Shown here piece after piece: positions 63,678 through 64,000 of a DNA stretch of 64,000 bases. Location: NCBI GenBank assembly GCA_905233255.1, contig CAJOCN010000004.1, forward strand, positions 12,868 through 76,867. The letters are read 5' to 3'. Position 1 is the stretch's first letter, and each line of letters opens with the position of its first letter. The translations under genes and the position numbers were made by a program. Source of the DNA: Paludibacteraceae bacterium (GTDB lineage: Bacteria > Bacteroidota > Bacteroidia > Bacteroidales > Paludibacteraceae). A model generated the notes under the pieces. The model saw nothing but the letters and a program-made list of their open reading frames with translations. It had not been told where the DNA came from and did not search any database.

Positions 63678-64000
63678 TTAGAAGCTGTATCCTACGCCGA
63701 GACCGATAACGCCCTTGAACTGAACGCGTTCAGCCTCTACGCCATTGCGGTCTGCTATCAGCGTTCCGTTGTAGTATTTCAAACTGGTCTGGAGAGTAAC
63801 CTGCAGACATTTCAGGAACTGATAACTCAGCGCCACATCCCAATCTACATCGAAGTGACCGAAATAACGGTTGTTGTTCGAATACATGAAATAGCCGGTA
63901 TATGTCTCACCCGGGTGGCTAGCCTCAAATTTCTCTTGTACATTGAAACCTTTTCCCTGATACGGAGAGAAGAGACCGAGCGTGGTGCTCAACTTGAAAT
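63678..64000 (-). CDS. Outer-membrane beta-barrel protein, C-terminal part (5' end beyond the window)
   Basis: The reading frame stays open to the window edge. Alternating beta-strand pattern and C-terminal ...GLGVGYSF. Confidence 0.5.
   Translation of the reverse strand, partial: FKLSTTLGLFSPYQGKGFNVQEKFEASHPGETYTGYFMYSNNNRYFGHFDVDWDVALSYQFLKCLQVTLQTSLKYYNGTLIADRNGVEAERVQFKGVIGLGVGYSF

Noticed and set aside
1-64000. tRNA, rRNA, tmRNA and RNase P genes
   Set aside because: I scanned by eye for T-loop-like GGTTCGAATCC/GTTCAAATC motifs and rRNA-like conserved blocks and found none. The only near hit (ggttcaaatgg at about 25260) lacks any cloverleaf context.

Overview
The window looks like a chromosomal segment of a Bacteroidota, probably Bacteroidales, genome. 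Three things support this: many matches to the Bacteroidetes promoter consensus (-33 TTTG, about 20 nt, -7 TAnnTTTG), bamD-rpoZ-coaBC synteny, and several families that I recognise by eye only (DUF4105/Lnb-like, DUF3276/PUR-like, DUF4494, a glsA/glsB-like acyltransferase pair). Most of the window is G+C-rich housekeeping DNA: rarA, hemW, a class A PBP, mtaB, an AddAB-type helicase-nuclease pair, apbE, bamD, rpoZ, coaBC, nusB, yajC, rpoN, clpB, era, an M16 peptidase, tdh-kbl, gdhA, a TonB-dependent-type receptor, an AraC regulator, a histidine kinase, trmN6, rny and zapA. I found no rRNA, tRNA, CRISPR array, integrase or transposase. Two things stand out. (1) An AT-rich accessory island of about 7-8 kb (about 18.3-26.4 kb) lies between addA and a porin/apbE block. 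It holds a DUF4160/DUF2442 gene pair bracketed by 84/85-nt direct repeats, then a WYL-domain regulator translationally coupled to a DEDDh 3'-5' exonuclease. After that come seven further small genes, six of them uncharacterised and one a DUF45-type HExxH metallopeptidase. A 35-nt promoter/operator-like element occurs twice in the island, before the WYL gene and before the metallopeptidase gene. I treat this as a candidate WYL-controlled nucleic-acid-targeting or defence module of unknown mechanism. (2) Across the whole window there are more than 25 short AT-rich degenerate tandem arrays with a unit of 7 nt, sometimes 8, 9, 11, 18 or 31 nt. They sit at gene boundaries and also in frame inside conserved genes (addA four times, era, mtaB, trmN6, the TonB-type receptor, apbE, a porin), where the heptamer arrays are read as 7-residue peptide repeats. 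Smaller observations include a candidate sRNA between gdhA and the receptor gene, a YggS-HAD fusion, a ClpB that lacks its N-domain, compact 48-bp bidirectional promoters, and a possible frameshift in the island. All domain calls come from motif recognition by eye, and no database search was run.
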